A stretch of DNA of 27,883 bases from a bacterium. GTDB taxonomy: Bacteria; SZUA-182; DTGQ01; JAFGSM01. Each line of letters starts with the position of its first letter. Positions within the stretch are counted from its first letter, which is position 1. Shown one piece after another: positions 26,552-27,883 of this stretch. A program made the translations under genes and the position numbers. The notes under the pieces were generated by a model, which was not told the origin of the DNA, did no database searches, and saw only the letters and a program-made list of their open reading frames with translations. The DNA lies in assembly GCA_049472355.1 (NCBI GenBank), contig JBLIRP010000027.1, positions 1 through 27,883 on the forward strand. Reading direction: 5' to 3'.

Positions 26552-27418
26552 ATGGATACAAAGGCCTTCGATCGAGACGATATCGATATCGCATGGTGCC
26601 CAGGATGCGGCAATTTTCCCATCCTCACCATCCTGAAGGAGGCCCTGGCGGAGATGGAGATCCCTCCCGAAAGGCTGGTGCTGGTGTCGGGGATCGGACA
26701 GGCGGCAAAGACGCCCCACTACCTCAGGGCCCACGTATTCAACGGCCTGCACGGAAGGGCGATCCCGCCGGCCACCGCCATCAAGGCATCAAATCCGGAG
26801 CTGACCGTGATTGCCGAAAGCGGGGACGGGGACATGTACGGGGAGGGGGGAAACCATTTCATTCACGCCGTGCGCAGGAATCCCGACATCACCACCCTCG
26901 TCCACGACAACATGGTGTACGGGCTCACCAAGGGACAGGCGTCACCCACCAGCCAGCCCGGATTCAGGACCCCGGTGCAGGTAAGCGGCGTGTCCATGGA
27001 GCCCTTCAATCCGCTTGCCGTGGCTATTGCCCTGGACTGCTCCTTTGTGGCCCGTGCCTTCTGCGGGGACAAGGGACAGACAAGGGAGATACTCACAAAG
27101 GCGGTTCAGCATAAGGGATTCGCCCTGGTGGACATCTTCCAGCCCTGCGTCTCCTTCAACAAGGTGAACACCTACCAGTGGTTCAAGGAGCACACCTATT
27201 ACCTGGAGGATGCCTACGATCCCTCGGACAGGGTGGAGGCATTCAGGAGGGCCACGGAAACCGAACGACTCCCCCTGGGGATATTTTACCTGAATAAGGC
27301 CAAGAAGACCTTTGAGGAGCACACCGGCGTGTATGAGGAAAACCGGGACCCCCTGTACCGGAGGGAGCCGGATTGGGAGGGGCTGCGCAGCCTCATCGAG
27401 TCCAAGCGAGGGACATAA
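26552..27418 (+). CDS. 2-oxoacid:acceptor oxidoreductase, beta (TPP-binding) subunit
   Basis: [25 protein letters not shown]...[19 protein letters not shown]. Start is ATG 26552. Confidence 0.95.
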   Translation: MDTKAFDRDDIDIAWCPGCGNFPILTILKEALAEMEIPPERLVLVSGIGQAAKTPHYLRAHVFNGLHGRAIPPATAIKASNPELTVIAESGDGDMYGEGGNHFIHAVRRNPDITTLVHDNMVYGLTKGQASPTSQPGFRTPVQVSGVSMEPFNPLAVAIALDCSFVARAFCGDKGQTREILTKAVQHKGFALVDIFQPCVSFNKVNTYQWFKEHTYYLEDAYDPSDRVEAFRRATETERLPLGIFYLNKAKKTFEEHTGVYEENRDPLYRREPDWEGLRSLIESKRGT

Positions 27419-27551
27419 GCCCATCCAATAGCGTCTTCCAAGCTTGATAGGTGGAGCGAAGCGGAACACTACGCTGCCCGATAGACTCACCAAAGAGGCA
27501 GCGACCCCGCTTTCAACCAAGCTTGCTCGGTGACCCTCCTTACAGGCCTGC

Positions 27552-27581
27552 TTGCGCACCCTTCATGCTTCCTGGTATAGT
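27552..27581 (+). promoter_or_regulatory. sigma70-type promoter upstream of aminotransferase
   Basis: TTGCGC-18 bp-TATAGT with extended TG. Confidence 0.5.
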
Positions 27582-27701
27582 TACCACATTCGGCGCACGA
27601 TGGTTGCCTGGACGGGGATACATCCTGCTGATAGATCCCTGCGATTACCTGCACGCAATCATCGCTCCACGACAATACCTTCAAGCCCTGCGGAGGAAAC
27701 C

Positions 27702-27883
27702 ATGCCGGCAGCCCGTAAGATGGTGCAATTTATGGAAAAATCGAGCTGGATCAGAAGGATGTTCGAGGCGGGTGCAGCACTCAAGGCCCAGTTCGGTGCG
27801 GAAAACGTGTTCGACTTCAGTTTGGGGAATCCGAACCTGGAACCGCCGCCCATATTCACCCGAACCTTCATGGAGTGCCTCAA
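27702..27883 (+). CDS. PLP-dependent class I/II (aspartate-type) aminotransferase, 5' part
   Basis: GGAGG RBS; MPAARKMVQFMEKSSWIRRMFEAGAALKAQFGAENVFDFSLGNPNLEPP; runs off the window edge. Confidence 0.88.
   Translation, partial: MPAARKMVQFMEKSSWIRRMFEAGAALKAQFGAENVFDFSLGNPNLEPPPIFTRTFMECL

Overview
Bacterial, GC-rich window; the gene content suggests an anaerobic Desulfobacterota-like organism, which is an inference only. There are four blocks. (1) 1-7694, minus strand: a parvulin/PPIase-like gene, a 2x cNMP-binding + C39-peptidase ABC exporter with a degenerate ATPase site, and a sigma54 activator with no sensory domain. These are followed by a near-consensus sigma54 promoter driving a small ORF with a double-glycine leader, then a PilB/GspE-like gene with an unusual long N-terminal extension, cut by the window edge. 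This is the best candidate for an undescribed peptide-export/signalling system. (2) 8600-13400: a decayed defence island. An IS21 element joins the first 51 codons of a type I-C cas3 directly to the last repeats of the CRISPR array, so the rest of the cas locus is missing from the window. Next come a BREX-like DUF6079 3' remnant, a nonsense-disrupted AlbA_2/HATPase/HTH gene bracketed by 44-bp direct repeats, and an SbcD-like pseudogene. (3) 13570-19765: an intact specialised chaperone operon (large TPR protein, J-domain with HPD changed to PPD, GrpE, Hsp70, Zn-ribbon/TPR). (4) 20289-27883: a cutA-transglutaminase-like-ABC operon, 2-oxoacid:acceptor oxidoreductase alpha/beta, and the start of a PLP aminotransferase. 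All family calls come from motif recognition by eye; no database searches were run.
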